NCBI GenBank assembly: GCA_951406725.2
Contig: OX597817.1
Location: 108,128,001 to 108,192,000, forward strand
Reading direction: 5' to 3'
Source of the DNA: Octopus vulgaris
Lineage: Eukaryota
Length of the DNA: 64,000 nt
Made by a program: the position numbers and the translations under genes. Numbering within the stretch: the stretch's first letter is position 1; each line of letters opens with the position of its first letter. This document shows, one piece after another, positions 62,176 to 64,000 of this stretch. The notes below the pieces were generated by a model. The model had not been told where the DNA came from. It worked only from the letters and a program-made list of their open reading frames with translations, and did no database searches.

Positions 62176-62933
62176 CGAGTAAAAAATTTCAGTTATCTCT
62201 CTCTTTCACACATTACTCTCTCTGTCTCTTCGCACACACTAACAGAAGCACTTCACTTACACAACATACTGTCTGTCTCCCACACCCCATCAAACACACA
62301 CACGGGGACTTCAAAAAGAAATTCCCTCGTCATAAAATCGCTTGTACATGAGAACAATCATAGAAACTGTCGTCAGTTACAAGCGTGTTGACAAACTCAC
62401 CATCATTACTGTCACCAATGACCGGTTCCAGTGCCTCTCGGGCCATCACGCATTTAGTTACATTACTGGCCGGCTAACAAAGTGAAATAAGAGTTTCAGA
62501 AAGTTTTTTAGCAAGAGAGAACTCAAAATTTAGTCATTAAAAATATGTAATGGTAACTTACGAAATGAGTATTATACGGTAATGCTGTAAAAAAAAAAAA
62601 AAAAAAAGGACGCCTTGTGAAAACTTAAAAAATTACGTAAACGAACTTTCAGAGGAAAGAAACAAAACAGTCTTCTAACTGTAGTTTCGTACGCATTCTA
62701 CTGTCAGTCCAGAATACCTGCTGCTGCATAATAATAATAATAATAATTATAATTCCACAAGGTATATGTTAAAACTAAACAAATTTATAAACTGCAAGCA
62801 ATGAAGAAACACTCAATAGTAACATGGAAGTCCCGATTTTGTTTTTTCTCAACTTTCAGAAAAATGGATATTCTTAAATGAAATTTTCTACAAATATGTT
62901 CTAGATAATGTACATTGGAATTTGGGAAAGACT

Positions 62934-63344
62934 GGATCTTTTCGGTTTGACCGGCAGTTTTTTCTAGCGGTGTCATATGAAATTGTCACCCATAATTATG
63001 ACCCTAGTATCGATCTATTGCATTTCAATCTGTTTTAGGGTTAGGGGTAGGGGGAAGGGTATCTTTTTTTCTTCAGAAATGTAATTAAACCCAATCTGTT
63101 TCTTAAACGAGGGACATATTCATACGGCACAGAATGTTTTCACCTCAATAAACGTCATTGATTGGTTGAAATTGCAGAAATTGAAGAAAAAACAACAACA
63201 AATATCTTACAAACTATAGAATTTTCTCAATAAAGCAAGAGAAAAAGATGTTTTATAAACACATTCTACCAGTATAAGAAGTTTTAAAATGTTTAGTTAC
63301 GTGGAAATTATTTTAAAAAACTGCAGGTCAAACTGAAAAGACCC
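62934..63344. mobile_element. Merlin-like MITE (411 bp)
   Basis: About 30-bp TIR GG(A/G)TCTTTTC.GTTTGACC.GCAGTTTTTT; perfect 8-bp TSD GAAAGACT at 62926-62933 and 63345-63352; internal TTAGGG units; superfamily inferred from GG termini and 8-bp TSD. Confidence 0.8.
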
Positions 63345-63882
63345 GAAAGACTTCCTTTCGTACCCCTCCCCCCTATTTTAAATTTATTTATATACTTTTT
63401 TTACATAAAACCCCGTTTTCGGGTACGGAGATTACGAAACTGAAAAAAATTGGCAAAAGTCGGCATTTCAAAATTTCAATTCCCCGCCCAATTTCTTCAT
63501 TTTTGACTTTTTTCAGAATTTTTTTTTTCTATTTTTTTTTGTGCAAAATATGGGGGGAAAATACGGAGATTTTGATACTGGAAAAAATTTCCCAAAATTT
63601 TTGTAAAATTTCAATTTAAAAAAAAATTACCTTTCGCCTCCCCTCGCACTCTACGACATAAACACGAAGTTTTGAAACCCTTTTTGCCATTGCACATGCG
63701 TTGACTGCTATGCTAAAAGGGAAACTTTGGAAGTGGTGTGATGATGGGTGGGCGACATGGGGGAAAAGGTTTTTGGAATTTTTTTTTTAATAAAATTTCG
63801 GTTTTAAAATGCGGACGGCCCGATTCTGTCGTTCGTTTCTCCTTATGATTTCCAAATAACTTTTTAAATACTTCGAAATCAA

Positions 63883-63957
63883 GAACCCTAACCCTAACAC
63901 TAAAACTTAACCCTCACCCCCTAAAACCCTAACCCTAAAACCTTAAAGCTAAAACCA
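63883..63957 (-). repeat. Degenerate interstitial (CCCTAA)n telomere-like repeat
   Basis: AACCCTAACCCTAAC..AACCCTAACCCTAAA, followed by unique sequence. Confidence 0.7.
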
Positions 63958-64000
63958 GTACAAACGCACGAACGATGTCAAAAATAACAGTGACAAACGA

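Noticed and set aside
63883-63957. True telomere
   Set aside because: Short, degenerate and followed by unique sequence.

Overview
Eukaryotic, AT-rich, repeat-dense DNA, very probably octopus (inferred from the SINE families, RTE tails and [17 protein letters not shown]-type zinc fingers). Main feature: the last 15 coding exons (1802-47820, + strand, 2604 nt = 867 aa + stop, all intron phases compatible) of a Na+-coupled SLC4 bicarbonate transporter whose 5' end lies upstream of the window; the last intron appears to use a GC donor and the protein would end in a PDZ-type motif (ESKM). Convergent with it is a 15-finger C2H2 zinc-finger array with two in-frame TGA stops (59261-60547, - strand). 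The rest is transposon debris: tRNA-derived SINEs, RTE and CR1 LINE pieces, an ORF1-only L1/Tx1-like element, four mariner relics, and piggyBac-, hAT- and Merlin-like MITEs. Most notable non-gene signal: several unrelated palindromic Penelope-like remnants carrying minimal hammerhead ribozyme motifs. Exon and TIR/TSD coordinates were counted by hand; other repeat boundaries are approximate, and family names come from remembered motifs, not database searches.
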